NCBI GenBank assembly: GCA_045106895.1
Contig: JBGCFM010000074.1
Location: 12,541-76,540 of the forward strand
Direction of reading: 5' to 3'
From: Polyangiales bacterium
GTDB lineage: Bacteria > Myxococcota_A > Polyangia > Polyangiales > Houyiibacteriaceae
Length of the DNA stretch: 64,000 nucleotides
Made by a program: the position numbers and the translations under genes. Under the pieces are notes generated by a model. It was given only the letters and a program-made list of their open reading frames with translations. It ran no database searches and was not told where the DNA came from. Shown here in pieces: positions 37,073-46,343 of the stretch (position 1 is the stretch's first letter; every line of letters begins with the position of its first letter).

Positions 37073-38041
37073 TCAGGGTTTGAGAGCGAAGATCTTCACG
37101 CTCGCGGCGAACTCATTCACGTCGAAGGTGTCGAGTAGTGCGCCCATGGTCTGGTGGTACTCCGAGGCGACGTCGACGTCGCTTTTCGGTGCTGACTTCG
37201 CAGAGTCCTCCGTGGTGGGCGGGCAGCAGCCGCTCTCGGACTCGGCGGCCTTCGCTTCCGGCGCGCAGCATCCGGCGTCGGCGTCGGCGCTCATATCCCC
37301 GGCGGTTTCAGGTCCGCAGCAGGCGGCGTGGCCACCATCTCGGTAGGCGTTGAGGTCCGAATTCGAGTCGACGATGTCGATCTCCGAGAAGCCCGCCGCG
37401 CTCAGCTTCTCACGATTGACCTCGATGGTCATCGCGCCGGCGATGCACCCGGTCCATGCGGCGACTTCCTTTTCGATCTCCGCAGGCAGCGTCTTCCGAA
37501 GCGCGATGTCGGAGATGGCGAGTCGGCCACCTGGCTTGAGGATGCGGAAGATCTCTTTGAGGGCGACGTCCTTGTCTGCGCAGAGGTTGAGCACACAGTT
37601 TGAGATGACGCAGTCGACGGAGTTATCCGGGATGGGCATCGCCTCGATCTCCGCGAGGTAGAACTTGACGTTTTCGTAGCCGCCGCGGGCTGCGTTCTTG
37701 CGCGCGAGGGAGACCATGTCCCCGGTTATGTCGATGCCGATGGCGCGGCCCGTGGGACCGACGGCTTTGGACGCGAGGAACACATCGAGGCCGCCGCCGG
37801 CGCCGAGGTCCACGACGGTCTCACCCGCACGAATGGACGCCATGGCGACGGGGTTGCCGCAGGACAGGCCCATGTTCGACTCCGCCGGAATGCTGGCGAG
37901 CTCCTCCTCGGAGTAGCCGAAGGCTTTGGCGATGCCTTTGATGTTGTCGTGGTCCGAGCTGAGGCCCGCCGTCGCGACGGCGCCGTACCCTTTTCTCACT
38001 GCATCGCTGATGTTGGTGTCGCTCATGTTCTTCTCTTTCAT
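37073..38041 (-). CDS. arsM: Arsenite S-adenosylmethionine methyltransferase
   Basis: SAM-binding motif [13 protein letters not shown]. Conserved Cys contexts: [25 protein letters not shown]. The C-terminal tail has three vicinal Cys pairs. It starts 9 nt after the arsR stop. Confidence 0.85.
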   Translation of the reverse strand: MKEKNMSDTNISDAVRKGYGAVATAGLSSDHDNIKGIAKAFGYSEEELASIPAESNMGLSCGNPVAMASIRAGETVVDLGAGGGLDVFLASKAVGPTGRAIGIDITGDMVSLARKNAARGGYENVKFYLAEIEAMPIPDNSVDCVISNCVLNLCADKDVALKEIFRILKPGGRLAISDIALRKTLPAEIEKEVAAWTGCIAGAMTIEVNREKLSAAGFSEIDIVDSNSDLNAYRDGGHAACCGPETAGDMSADADAGCCAPEAKAAESESGCCPPTTEDSAKSAPKSDVDVASEYHQTMGALLDTFDVNEFAASVKIFALKP

Positions 38042-38050
38042 TGGTTCGTT

Positions 38051-38374
38051 CTAGGACTCTGTGGGGGGCGGGCAGCAAGGCGCGGAGTCGGCGCCCTCGT
38101 CCACGCAGCACTCTTGGGCGAAGACATCGAAGGTCGCGGCCATCACGCTGTAGTCGGCGCGGCAGATCAGCGTCGTGCCCTGCCGCTCTTGCTGCACAAG
38201 GCCGACGCGGATGAGCTTGTGGAGGTGATGGCTCAACGTGGACGCTGGCATCTCAAGGTGCTCTCGAACGTCCGAAACGCTCCGGCCACTCTGCCCAGCG
38301 CGCACCAAGAGGCGGTAAATGGACAGGCGGGTCTCGTTGCCGAGAGCGGCCATTCGGTCTGCGATCGTCTTCAC
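38051..38374 (-). CDS. arsR: ArsR/SmtB family metalloregulator
   Basis: wHTH region LGNETRLSIYRLLVRAGQSGRSVSDVREHLEMPASTLSHHLHKLIRVGLV. The C-terminal CC...CC lies in QECCVDEGADSAPCCPP. The start could be the GTG at 38374 or the ATG at 38353. Confidence 0.85.
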   Translation of the reverse strand: MKTIADRMAALGNETRLSIYRLLVRAGQSGRSVSDVREHLEMPASTLSHHLHKLIRVGLVQQERQGTTLICRADYSVMAATFDVFAQECCVDEGADSAPCCPPPTES

Positions 38375-38485
38375 ACAAACTCTATAAACACGGGCTCAAA
38401 CAATCACAACCGTATTTCTAGAATTACCGAATCTTTAAAACCCAGGAGCCGGCGGCCCTCTGACACACCTGCGCACACCTGCGGA
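38375..38485 (-). promoter_or_regulatory. AT-rich promoter/operator region upstream of arsR-arsM
   Basis: This is the most AT-rich intergenic stretch in the window (ctataaacacgggctcaaacaatcacaaccgtatttctagaattaccgaatctttaaaa). It contains the palindrome TTCTAGAA. No transcription start has been mapped. Confidence 0.35.
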
Positions 38486-39247
38486 CTAGGCCTTGAGCTT
38501 CCAGCCGGTGCGGAAGATCCACCAGACGACCCCGAGGCACCCAAAGAGGAAGCCTAGGATGACCAGTGTGCTCACGAGCACGTTGACGTCTGCGGTGCCG
38601 TAGAAGCTCCAGCGGAACCCGCTGATGAGGTAAACGACGGGGTTAGCGAGGGTGACCTTCTGCCAAAACGGCGGGAGCATATCGATGGAGTAGAACGCGC
38701 CGCCGAGGAAGGTCAGTGGGGTAACGACGAGGAGCGGGATGAGCTGGAGCTTCTGAAAGTCGTCGGCCCAGAGACCGATGATGAAACCAAAGAGACTAAA
38801 AGTGAGCGACGTAAGGATGAGAAAACAGAACATCCACACTGGGTGGAGGATCTCATAGGGGACAAAGAGCCGCGCGGTGACGAGGATGAGCAAACCGATC
38901 ATCACGGACTTGGTGGCGGCAGCGCCGACATAGCCGAAGACGACTTCCAGGTAGGACACCGGCGCTGAGAGGATCTCGTAGATGGTGCCAGACCACTTGG
39001 GCATGTAGATGCCGAAGGACGCATTGGAGATGCTCTGGTTGAGAAGCGAGAGCATGATGAGTCCGGGGATGATAAACGCGCCGTAACTCACCTCGCCGAT
39101 GTCACCGACGCGCGATCCGATAGCGCCGCCAAAGACGACGAAATAGAGCGCCGTGGACAGCACCGGTGACACCAGGCTCTGCATGAGCGTGCGCCGCGTG
39201 CGCGCCATCTCGAACTGGTAGATCGCGCGGACTCCGTACCAGTTCAC
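38486..39247 (-). CDS. ABC-2 type transporter permease
   Basis: 253 aa with about 6 TM helices and an N-terminus typical of ABC-2 permeases ([32 protein letters not shown]). It overlaps the ATPase gene by 4 nt. Confidence 0.8.
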   Translation of the reverse strand: MNWYGVRAIYQFEMARTRRTLMQSLVSPVLSTALYFVVFGGAIGSRVGDIGEVSYGAFIIPGLIMLSLLNQSISNASFGIYMPKWSGTIYEILSAPVSYLEVVFGYVGAAATKSVMIGLLILVTARLFVPYEILHPVWMFCFLILTSLTFSLFGFIIGLWADDFQKLQLIPLLVVTPLTFLGGAFYSIDMLPPFWQKVTLANPVVYLISGFRWSFYGTADVNVLVSTLVILGFLFGCLGVVWWIFRTGWKLKA

Positions 39248-40197
39248 GAGGGCTCTCCTTTCGCGGAGCTGCTGGAGCCGGGGTCGTTGATGAGGTCGAC
39301 GAAGATCTCTTCCAGTGAGCTCTGGTGGGAGTCGATGTCGTCAAAGTCGATGCCCTCCTCGCCAAGGCGCCTCAAAACACCTGCGATATCGGCATTTTCT
39401 GCCTGGCGCTCGAAGGTGTAAACGAGCGACATAGAATCCTCGCTCAAGGCCAGGGGAAGGTCTGCGAGGGCCGCGGGAACCTTGGTGAGAGGCAATCGCA
39501 GCGCGAGGCGAAGCTGCTTTTTGCCCAGCTTTTGCATGAGCGCTGTCTTGTCTTCAACCAGGAGCAGCTCGCCATCACGGATGACGCCGATTCGGTCCGC
39601 CATCATCTCGGCCTCTTCGATGTAGTGCGTCGTCAAGATGATGGTGACCCCTTGCTCGCGAAGGCCGTGGACCATCTTCCACATATCGTGACGCAGTTCG
39701 ACGTCGACACCGGCGGTGGGCTCGTCAAGGAAGAGAATCGTCGGCTCGTGGCTGAGCGCCTTGGCGATGAGAACACGGCGCTTCATGCCGCCGGAGAGCG
39801 TCATGATCTTGCTGTCGCGTTTGTCCCAGAGCGAGAGGTCCCGCAGCACCTTCTCGATGTACTTCGCGTTCGGCGGCTTGCCGAAGAGCAGGCGGCTAAA
39901 GTTCACCGTCGCCCACACCGTCTCAAAGGAGTCCGTCGACAGCTCCTGTGGCACGAGGCCAATCTCGCGACGCGCGGCGCGATAGTCTTTGACGATGTCG
40001 TGACCCGAGGCCAACACCGTTCCCGCCGTGGGGTTCACGATGCCACAGATGATGTTGATGAGCGTACTCTTGCCAGCGCCGTTGGGACCGAGGAGCGCAA
40101 AGATCTCCCCGCGCTCGATGCTCAGGTCGATGTTCTTGAGCGCTTGGAAGTCGCCGTTGGTTTTCTGCAAACCTTGAATGGAGATAACGGGCGGCAT
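39244..40197 (-). CDS. ABC transporter ATP-binding protein
   Basis: The ATG at 40197 gives [13 protein letters not shown]. Walker [10 protein letters not shown], signature LSGGMKRR, Walker [13 protein letters not shown]. Confidence 0.85.
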   Translation of the reverse strand: MPPVISIQGLQKTNGDFQALKNIDLSIERGEIFALLGPNGAGKSTLINIICGIVNPTAGTVLASGHDIVKDYRAARREIGLVPQELSTDSFETVWATVNFSRLLFGKPPNAKYIEKVLRDLSLWDKRDSKIMTLSGGMKRRVLIAKALSHEPTILFLDEPTAGVDVELRHDMWKMVHGLREQGVTIILTTHYIEEAEMMADRIGVIRDGELLLVEDKTALMQKLGKKQLRLALRLPLTKVPAALADLPLALSEDSMSLVYTFERQAENADIAGVLRRLGEEGIDFDDIDSHQSSLEEIFVDLINDPGSSSSAKGEPS

Positions 40198-40246
40198 CGC
40201 CGTTTCATAGCAGGTGACTAGGACATGGCGAAGCGCCTCAGCCGGC

Positions 40247-40462
40247 CTAGCGAACGCGGCAGCGGCTCTCGAAGTTGTCTGCCCACGCCCACCCCGCCAC
40301 AGGCTGTAGAACCTGACGCCGCCGGCCTCGCCGCTCCCCAAGCACAACCGTCGTGCCGTCGGGGATTGCCCCCACGACACGCGCCCCGCGCCTCGGCCCC
40401 GCGCGCACGTTCAACGAGGAACCTGGGTCACGAGGAACCTGGGTCACGAACGACCCGGTCAC
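40247..40462 (-). CDS. Possible small SH3b-like protein
   Basis: [29 protein letters not shown]...AGWAWADNF resembles bacterial SH3_3. It contains a 16-nt tandem duplication and an odd RRGRRRQ stretch. It may be a remnant. Confidence 0.25.
   Translation of the reverse strand: MTGSFVTQVPRDPGSSLNVRAGPRRGARVVGAIPDGTTVVLGERRGRRRQVLQPVAGWAWADNFESRCRVR
40415..40446. repeat. 16-nt tandem duplication (CGAGGAACCTGGGTCA x2, plus a degenerate third copy)
   Basis: Read directly at 40415-40430 and 40431-40446. Confidence 0.8.
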
Positions 40463-40719
40463 ATTGCATCCTGACGCGTCCGCGCACCTCAGAAACCCCG
40501 CTCGACTCGCCGTAGGGAGTCGTCACTGTTCCCGTCTGAGGATCGTCCGGTGACCGCGATACTTGGGTACGCGTAAAGGAATAGTGATGAACAGCGGAGC
40601 CGTGGATGGCTGGCCGCCGGAAGTGAGGCGGAATACGCCTGCGCCGTGGCTAGATGAGCCGCTCATCGATCACTCGATGAGAGACCCCCGCAGCCTTGGG
40701 TTCACTCCGGTCAGAACCT

Positions 40720-40737
40720 AGAGACGCTAGCGTCTCT
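40720..40737. promoter_or_regulatory. Perfect 18-bp palindrome AGAGACGCTAGCGTCTCT
   Basis: The sequence is self-complementary and lies 63 nt downstream of the stop of 40801..41142. It could be a hairpin or a dimeric protein-binding site. Confidence 0.3.
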
Positions 40738-40800
40738 GTTGAAAGACGCCGAGCCCTTGGACTCGCGGACCGACGTGCTGCGCGGAAGCCGCGTTTGGCT

Positions 40801-41142
40801 CTAGAGCTGACGTCGCAGGAAGTCGTCGAGCTTCGCCGGCCACTGGTGCTGAAAGAGCGGGCGTCGACGGCGCGCTTCGCGATCGGCGAAGTCCAAGAAC
40901 TGGTGGCTCAGGCTGCGAAAGTGCTCCGCTTCTTCTTCGCGTAGCTTGTTCGTCTCGGCGGAGAACGCGTCGCTCCACTCTGTGCCAGCCGCCATGCAAT
41001 AGAGCTTGGAGTGCACGCGCTCGAAGAAAGCGCGCGCGTCGCCAGACGATGCGTCATAGTCAACGGAGAGCGCGTAGATGGCGCGGAACTTCTCATAGAA
41101 GTCCTCGACGTTTTGGGCGCTCTGATCGGCGTCGGTGTTCAT
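40801..41142 (-). CDS. Hypothetical cytoplasmic protein (113 aa)
   Basis: MNTDADQSAQNVEDFYEKFRAIYALSVDYDASSGDARAFFERVHSKLYCMAAGTEW... has protein-like composition. I recognised no family. Confidence 0.5.
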   Translation of the reverse strand: MNTDADQSAQNVEDFYEKFRAIYALSVDYDASSGDARAFFERVHSKLYCMAAGTEWSDAFSAETNKLREEEAEHFRSLSHQFLDFADREARRRRPLFQHQWPAKLDDFLRRQL

Positions 41143-41226
41143 GGAGTGCGTAGCTTATCAGGTCGGCGGAGGGCGGCGGCGATGAGCCATTGCGCAAACA
41201 TGTGACCTCCCCCAAGAACCAAACGC

Positions 41227-41571
41227 ATGAGACCATACAAACCAGACGGTGACGAAGAGGAGAACGTGAAACCAGCGGGGTTCGACCCGTTCGCCGCGCC
41301 ACCACCCAGCGTGCCGAACAAACGTCAGGAGCGCTTGAGAAGGCGGCGGCGACATATCCGAATGGCCCTCACAACGACGCTTCCGGTCGCGCTCTGCATG
41401 ATTCTCATCTTCGTCTTCAAAGTCCAGATCGCTATCGCCGTCGCCGTCGTCCTTGGTCTATTCCATCTAATCATGGGAATCGCCGACATGATCCTCGGCG
41501 AGCGGCGAGAGCCCGAGCAAGAGCCCGACACGGACACCTACGCGCGGTGGTTCGGGTTTCGCGATTGGTGA
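41227..41571 (+). CDS. Small membrane protein (114 aa)
   Basis: Two adjacent hydrophobic helices (LTTTLPVALCMILIFVF and IAIAVAVVLGLFHLIMGIADMIL) follow an Arg-rich stop-transfer segment. Confidence 0.5.
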   Translation: MRPYKPDGDEEENVKPAGFDPFAAPPPSVPNKRQERLRRRRRHIRMALTTTLPVALCMILIFVFKVQIAIAVAVVLGLFHLIMGIADMILGERREPEQEPDTDTYARWFGFRDW

Positions 41572-41584
41572 GCATTGGATGCGG

Positions 41585-43036
41585 CTAGCGAGGTGATCGA
41601 ACGACCTCTTCTTGCTCCCAATACACCCCGCGCTCGTCGTGGGCGCTCCACGTGGAGAAGCGCTGCCGCACTCGGCGCACGCGGACCGCTCGGGGACGCT
41701 CACCGTCAAAGGGGTCACTAGCGAGTAACGCGAGCACGTCCGGCTCGGCGCGCTCCAAGGCGGCGTGGAGTTCGTCGACGAGGGGAGCGTAGGCCGGGTG
41801 TCCAAGGGCGGCGAACCAGAGCCCCCAGTCGAGGCGGGGCAGGTGCGGCGCGCTCTGCGATGGAAGCTCGTCAGGGGAGTCAGGCTTCGCCGAAAACTCG
41901 TAGCGCTGCCAGCGTGTGCCGTCCGCCGTCCCTTCGAAGATGAACTCCACGCGCTCCGTGGTCATTCGCGCAAAGAGACCGTAGCCGCTGACGAGGCGAA
42001 GAGGCTGAAGCGCGACGTAGAAGTTGCCGACGCTGGCCGGCATGCGACTCCATCCGACGAGCGTGCCGAAGGTCGGGATGAGCGCGAACACCATAAGCGC
42101 AGCCGCCATCCCTTGGCGCCAGCGCTGATGCAACACACTCGCCGAGGGAGGCTCATCTGCGTCCGACGGTTGCAGACGCGTGGGCAAACGGCGCCGCCAG
42201 AAAGCGTCGTCGATGGCCGGCAGACAAAGGGACATGGCGAGGAGGTTGAAGAAGCCGAAGTTCCCCGTGACCAAGAATGCACCTTGAAGGGCAACCAACC
42301 CCACAGCTGCATGACGCCGCGCACGCGGCACGAAAAGCAAACACGGCAGCACGAGTTCGGCGGCGAGAGCCGACGCCACGCAAGCGGAGTGGAATGAATC
42401 TGGCAGCTGGTGGACGTACCAAGACAGCGGCCCTGGAAGCGGCTGCGTCCAGTAGTGAAACTGAAGCGCGGACAGGTCCCGCCAAGTCGCGCCGCCGAGC
42501 TTGACGACGCCGGAACAGAACACGAGACGAAAGTTCAAAAAGTAGAGCGCGTAGCGAGCCAGCGCCGGCGCAGGGACATCGCGCCCTTTCTTCGCCGACA
42601 AGGTCGCGAGGGGAATCGCCACCACGCACGTCTCAAGCAAGAGCGCATCCCATTGGTACGCAAAGAAGCTCGCGCCAATGTTGACGATGGAGAGGTACGA
42701 GACGAAGCAGGTGACGAGCGCCGGAATGCAGAGGCGGCCGGCCATGAGCAAGAGTGACCCGGCGACGCCCAGGTACGCGATGCTGTGCAGCGCGCCGTTC
42801 GTCGCACTCAGCCAAGCCAGGCTAGGTGCGCTCCAAAAGCCCGCACCTTGTGCGCGAAGGTCGTCGAGCCAGAACGCTGCGGGAAAGAGACCGGCATCGC
42901 CAATAAGGCCGTCGAGTTGCGCATTCGCGCTGACGAAGGCGAGGAGGAGTACGCCGCCAAGGGCGCGGAGGAAGAGTCTGGCGGCTAGGTCGTAGGTCTT
43001 CGCCGCAGCAGGCGCCGGGATGTTCGAAGCGCTCAC
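41585..43036 (-). CDS. Lipase maturation factor (LMF1-like) family polytopic membrane protein
   Basis: The GTG start overlaps the upstream gene's TAG by 1 nt. The N-terminus ...TYDLAARLFLRALGGVLLLAFVSANAQLDGLIGDAGLFPA and many TM helices are typical of bacterial LMF homologues. The family call is from memory. Confidence 0.6.
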   Translation of the reverse strand: MSASNIPAPAAAKTYDLAARLFLRALGGVLLLAFVSANAQLDGLIGDAGLFPAAFWLDDLRAQGAGFWSAPSLAWLSATNGALHSIAYLGVAGSLLLMAGRLCIPALVTCFVSYLSIVNIGASFFAYQWDALLLETCVVAIPLATLSAKKGRDVPAPALARYALYFLNFRLVFCSGVVKLGGATWRDLSALQFHYWTQPLPGPLSWYVHQLPDSFHSACVASALAAELVLPCLLFVPRARRHAAVGLVALQGAFLVTGNFGFFNLLAMSLCLPAIDDAFWRRRLPTRLQPSDADEPPSASVLHQRWRQGMAAALMVFALIPTFGTLVGWSRMPASVGNFYVALQPLRLVSGYGLFARMTTERVEFIFEGTADGTRWQRYEFSAKPDSPDELPSQSAPHLPRLDWGLWFAALGHPAYAPLVDELHAALERAEPDVLALLASDPFDGERPRAVRVRRVRQRFSTWSAHDERGVYWEQEEVVRSPR

Positions 43037-46000
43037 TAGCTGCGCAGGGACTCGACGTCGGTGACGAACTCGCTGAACAAAAGCGGGTCGAGCTTGTCCA
43101 AGGTGAGCTCGCCATGAATGCGCACCCCAGTCACCGTGTGCTCTCTCATCTCCGGGTTGCCCATCTCAATGGGCTCTTTCCAAAGAATGGCGGCGCTGAC
43201 ACCGGGGGCGAGCTCCTTGCTCGCGCTCACAAATGCGTAGGGGTCGCCACCCAGGGTCCAGCCGCGGGTCTTGAGGGCGAAGATGCGCCCCGTGTAGGCC
43301 TTGATATCGTGGGCGCGGACAAGCTCAAACTCGCCGACGTCGGCGGCGCTCGGCCGGTGCACCGGCCGGCCAAGCTGAGCGAAAGGCTGACCGATCTCAT
43401 AGTCGGCGAAGAGACTCCCCCACTGCTTGAGCTCGTCGTCGCTGATGTGAACAGGGTGGACGACGCTGATTCGCGCGTCAGCAGCGAGCGTCACGTCGTC
43501 GTCGGCGGCGTTTGAGTAGCCGAGGTCGTCGCGAACGCGAAAGGTCGTGAGCGGCGCGCCACTGCGCGCATGCGCAAACACCAAGCGCCGAGCGAGATGT
43601 CCGACGAAGGGGTGCCCCACGAGGTGCTTCTCGAACTCATGGGCGCTCCAGCTTCGTTCCGACGCCATCGCACGCTGGAGGCGCTCCACCTGGTCTTTGG
43701 CGAGCGCTTCGGCGTCCTTCTTCAGCGTCGACCACGTCTTCTTCGCGGCCTTCGCGAGGGCGCCGTCGTCGCTCTTGCGGACAGCGGGGATCTTCGCGAC
43801 GCGCTCCCCCGCTTCGTCGTGGATGAGCGGATGAAGGTGTTCGTCGAAGGTGACAGTAAAGCGTCGCGGGCCGTAGTCGAGGGTGAGGGAGCCGCCGGCG
43901 TCGAGGCCAAGGCTCGGCGCCGTTTGGTCTTCGAGCTCATCCGCAGAGAGGCCACGCTCGGCGGCGATGTCTCCGAGGACTTGTTGCGCCGCCTTCTTGA
44001 GCCACGAGCGGCCGCGGCGAGACCATCGACCGAGGGGCATCAGGGCGACTTCGCTTCCGATCATTCCGAGGGCCTCGAGGCCAGCAAGGGACACAGCTTT
44101 TCCTCCGTCGGCGGCCCACGCGTTGATCTGGCTAACGAGCCAGCGAGCGCTCTCGTCGTTGCCGAGGTGGCCCAAGGAATGCGCCGCCCACTTCCAAGCG
44201 GGCTTGGCGCCGGCGCTGGCACACGCCGAGCAAAGGCCGCTGGCAAAGGCGTTGGCGGACGCGTCGTCGAGGCGCTCGGCGACCTGCTCGATGCCTGCGT
44301 AGGGCGGATCCACCTCCGAAAAGATGAGCATCTCCAGGAGGTATTTCGTGCTCTCTTCGCTGAGGGCCTCGCCGCTCGTGAGCCGCGGCCGAGGGAGGCG
44401 CTCCAAGTCGACCCAGGACGGAATCTTCGGCGGCCGAGTGGGCGCGTCGAGGAGAGGGTCCGCGTCGACGAGGGCAGCGACGGCGGCGTTCAGTTCAGCG
44501 GCGTTCAGTTCAGCAGCGTCCAACTCAGCGGCATTCGCGCCGGCGATGTCACCTCCGATGGACTTGATGACCTCGCCCTCCCCGGCGGCGACGAGCAAAC
44601 GAAGCGCCGCCGTGGCGACCTTGCGGCGTTTTTTGTCGGCACCGAAGGCGTCCGGGAGCAGACCAGCGGCGGCGTGGCTTGGAAAACGAAGGAGCCAGCC
44701 ACGCGCGACGCGTTTGGTCTTCGCTTTGAACGCCGCCGCCGCCATGAGCGCGGCAATCTTTGGCGTGCCTAAGTCGCGCAGGCCGGTGATGGTCTCCGGT
44801 TGAGTGACCATGCTCGCGACGTAGGGCGCGACGTCCGGACCAAGGCGCGCGACGAAGCTCCGCACTTGATCTGCATAGTTCCAGCGCCACCGCTCTTCTC
44901 CGGAGATCGTGGCGATGCAGCGCATGAGCGTCTCGTCATCGTAGACATGCGAGAGCTCCCAGATGTTTAGCTTCGGACGCGCGAGGGTCTTGTCGAGCTG
45001 GGCCTGCGTCCCCGGCCGGACAGCTCTCGCGCCTGCCGCGAGCGTCTTTTGCTCACTCTCATCCAGCGCTAGCTCCGCCGGCAAGTCCAGCAGCGGAAGC
45101 TCGAAGCTCGCCTGGACGGCAGCCTTTCGTTTGCTTCGCCAAGGCGGCGCCCGGAGGACTGCCGGCAGCGCCTCCTCGCTGGCGATTGGCCCGAGGCCCT
45201 GCGCGATTGGTGTCTCAGCCTCAAGATTCGCGAGCATCACCTTCGCGGCCTCCCGCGGGCCTTTCTTTTTGGTGGCCGCGATGACCTCCGGGAGAACCAT
45301 GCGGCCCAGCTCCGGGTGTCGCTCAAAATACGACGAGAGGATCGGCCGGACGCTCTTGTCCTGGATGAGCGAAGCCATCGCGCGGGCAGGCTCCACCCCC
45401 ACGAACACGCTCATCGTGCGGGCCCACTCGGCCGAAGGACGGCGATGCGTGAGCAGCAGCGGGAGCACATCGAGACCCACCCGCCACACCAGCGTGAGGG
45501 CTTGGTCGTACCGGGTCCCAGAGCGCCGCCAGGTAAGCGCCGCCTTCGCTTCATCGACGTTCGTCGCCATCGCAAAGAGCCCCCAGCCGTACGCTTTGCT
45601 GGCAAAAACCGCAGCCCGCAGGTCCGCGTCTTCGCTGAGGACGAACGCAGCGAACACATAAGCTTGATGACCGGCGTCGAAGCCCGAGGACCACTCGCGA
45701 AGCCAAGCCCGCGCTTCCTCGTACTCACCCTGCGGCGCGAAGGCCATGAGGTGACGTAACGCCGTCCACGCATCGCCTGACCAGCGATGAGCGTGGGGGT
45801 CCTTGTGCGGCGACAAGTCGAAACGCGCCGCGGGCTTGCGCTTGGAATCGTAGATGAGGAAACGAAACTCTGTGCTGCGAACCAGCGCCTTGAACGCCGC
45901 GAGCAAGCCGTACTTTTGCGCCCACAAATGCACCGCGCGCGCCGAGATGCTCTCTCGCCGCTGCATCGTCACGTAAGCAACGCTCACATGAAGGCACGCC

Positions 46001-46281
46001 GCCTCCAGCTCCGCGTCGAAGCCCGTAGGCTCCTCCCCGGCCAAACGCCCACGAACCCGCGCCAACAGCTCCTTGTCCGCGGACTTCGCCAGCGCCTCAC
46101 CGGCGGCCCATCGAGGCGGATCTTCGGCGAGAGCAGCGACGCCACTCTTGAACACCGTCGAGGCCTTGAGCCTCGGCCTCGCGCGCGCCGGCGGCTCCAT
46201 CCCGCGATGTGGGAGGACATGTTTCTTGAGCTCGTCGGTCCACTCGAGGAAGGGCTTGGCGTAGTCGACGGCGGACGGCAT
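43036..46281 (-). CDS. DUF4132 domain protein, large helical-repeat protein (1081 aa)
   Basis: The ATG at 46281 gives MPSAVDYAKPFLEW. C-terminal DUF4132 signature: ISVVHPVHISDDELKQWGSLFADYEIGQPFAQLGRPVH. It contains the AELNAAELNAAELDAA tandem repeat. Confidence 0.7.
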   Translation of the reverse strand: MPSAVDYAKPFLEWTDELKKHVLPHRGMEPPARARPRLKASTVFKSGVAALAEDPPRWAAGEALAKSADKELLARVRGRLAGEEPTGFDAELEAACLHVSVAYVTMQRRESISARAVHLWAQKYGLLAAFKALVRSTEFRFLIYDSKRKPAARFDLSPHKDPHAHRWSGDAWTALRHLMAFAPQGEYEEARAWLREWSSGFDAGHQAYVFAAFVLSEDADLRAAVFASKAYGWGLFAMATNVDEAKAALTWRRSGTRYDQALTLVWRVGLDVLPLLLTHRRPSAEWARTMSVFVGVEPARAMASLIQDKSVRPILSSYFERHPELGRMVLPEVIAATKKKGPREAAKVMLANLEAETPIAQGLGPIASEEALPAVLRAPPWRSKRKAAVQASFELPLLDLPAELALDESEQKTLAAGARAVRPGTQAQLDKTLARPKLNIWELSHVYDDETLMRCIATISGEERWRWNYADQVRSFVARLGPDVAPYVASMVTQPETITGLRDLGTPKIAALMAAAAFKAKTKRVARGWLLRFPSHAAAGLLPDAFGADKKRRKVATAALRLLVAAGEGEVIKSIGGDIAGANAAELDAAELNAAELNAAVAALVDADPLLDAPTRPPKIPSWVDLERLPRPRLTSGEALSEESTKYLLEMLIFSEVDPPYAGIEQVAERLDDASANAFASGLCSACASAGAKPAWKWAAHSLGHLGNDESARWLVSQINAWAADGGKAVSLAGLEALGMIGSEVALMPLGRWSRRGRSWLKKAAQQVLGDIAAERGLSADELEDQTAPSLGLDAGGSLTLDYGPRRFTVTFDEHLHPLIHDEAGERVAKIPAVRKSDDGALAKAAKKTWSTLKKDAEALAKDQVERLQRAMASERSWSAHEFEKHLVGHPFVGHLARRLVFAHARSGAPLTTFRVRDDLGYSNAADDDVTLAADARISVVHPVHISDDELKQWGSLFADYEIGQPFAQLGRPVHRPSAADVGEFELVRAHDIKAYTGRIFALKTRGWTLGGDPYAFVSASKELAPGVSAAILWKEPIEMGNPEMREHTVTGVRIHGELTLDKLDPLLFSEFVTDVESLRS
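44484..44528. repeat. 15-nt in-frame tandem repeat x3 (GCGGCGTTCAGTTCA)
   Basis: Read directly. It encodes AAELN-type pentapeptide repeats in the DUF4132 protein. Confidence 0.8.
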
Positions 46282-46343
46282 GGGCGGATGGTAGGGGACT
46301 CGCGGGCCTTGTTGAAGTGGCGCGTTGACGGCCAGGCGGGGGT

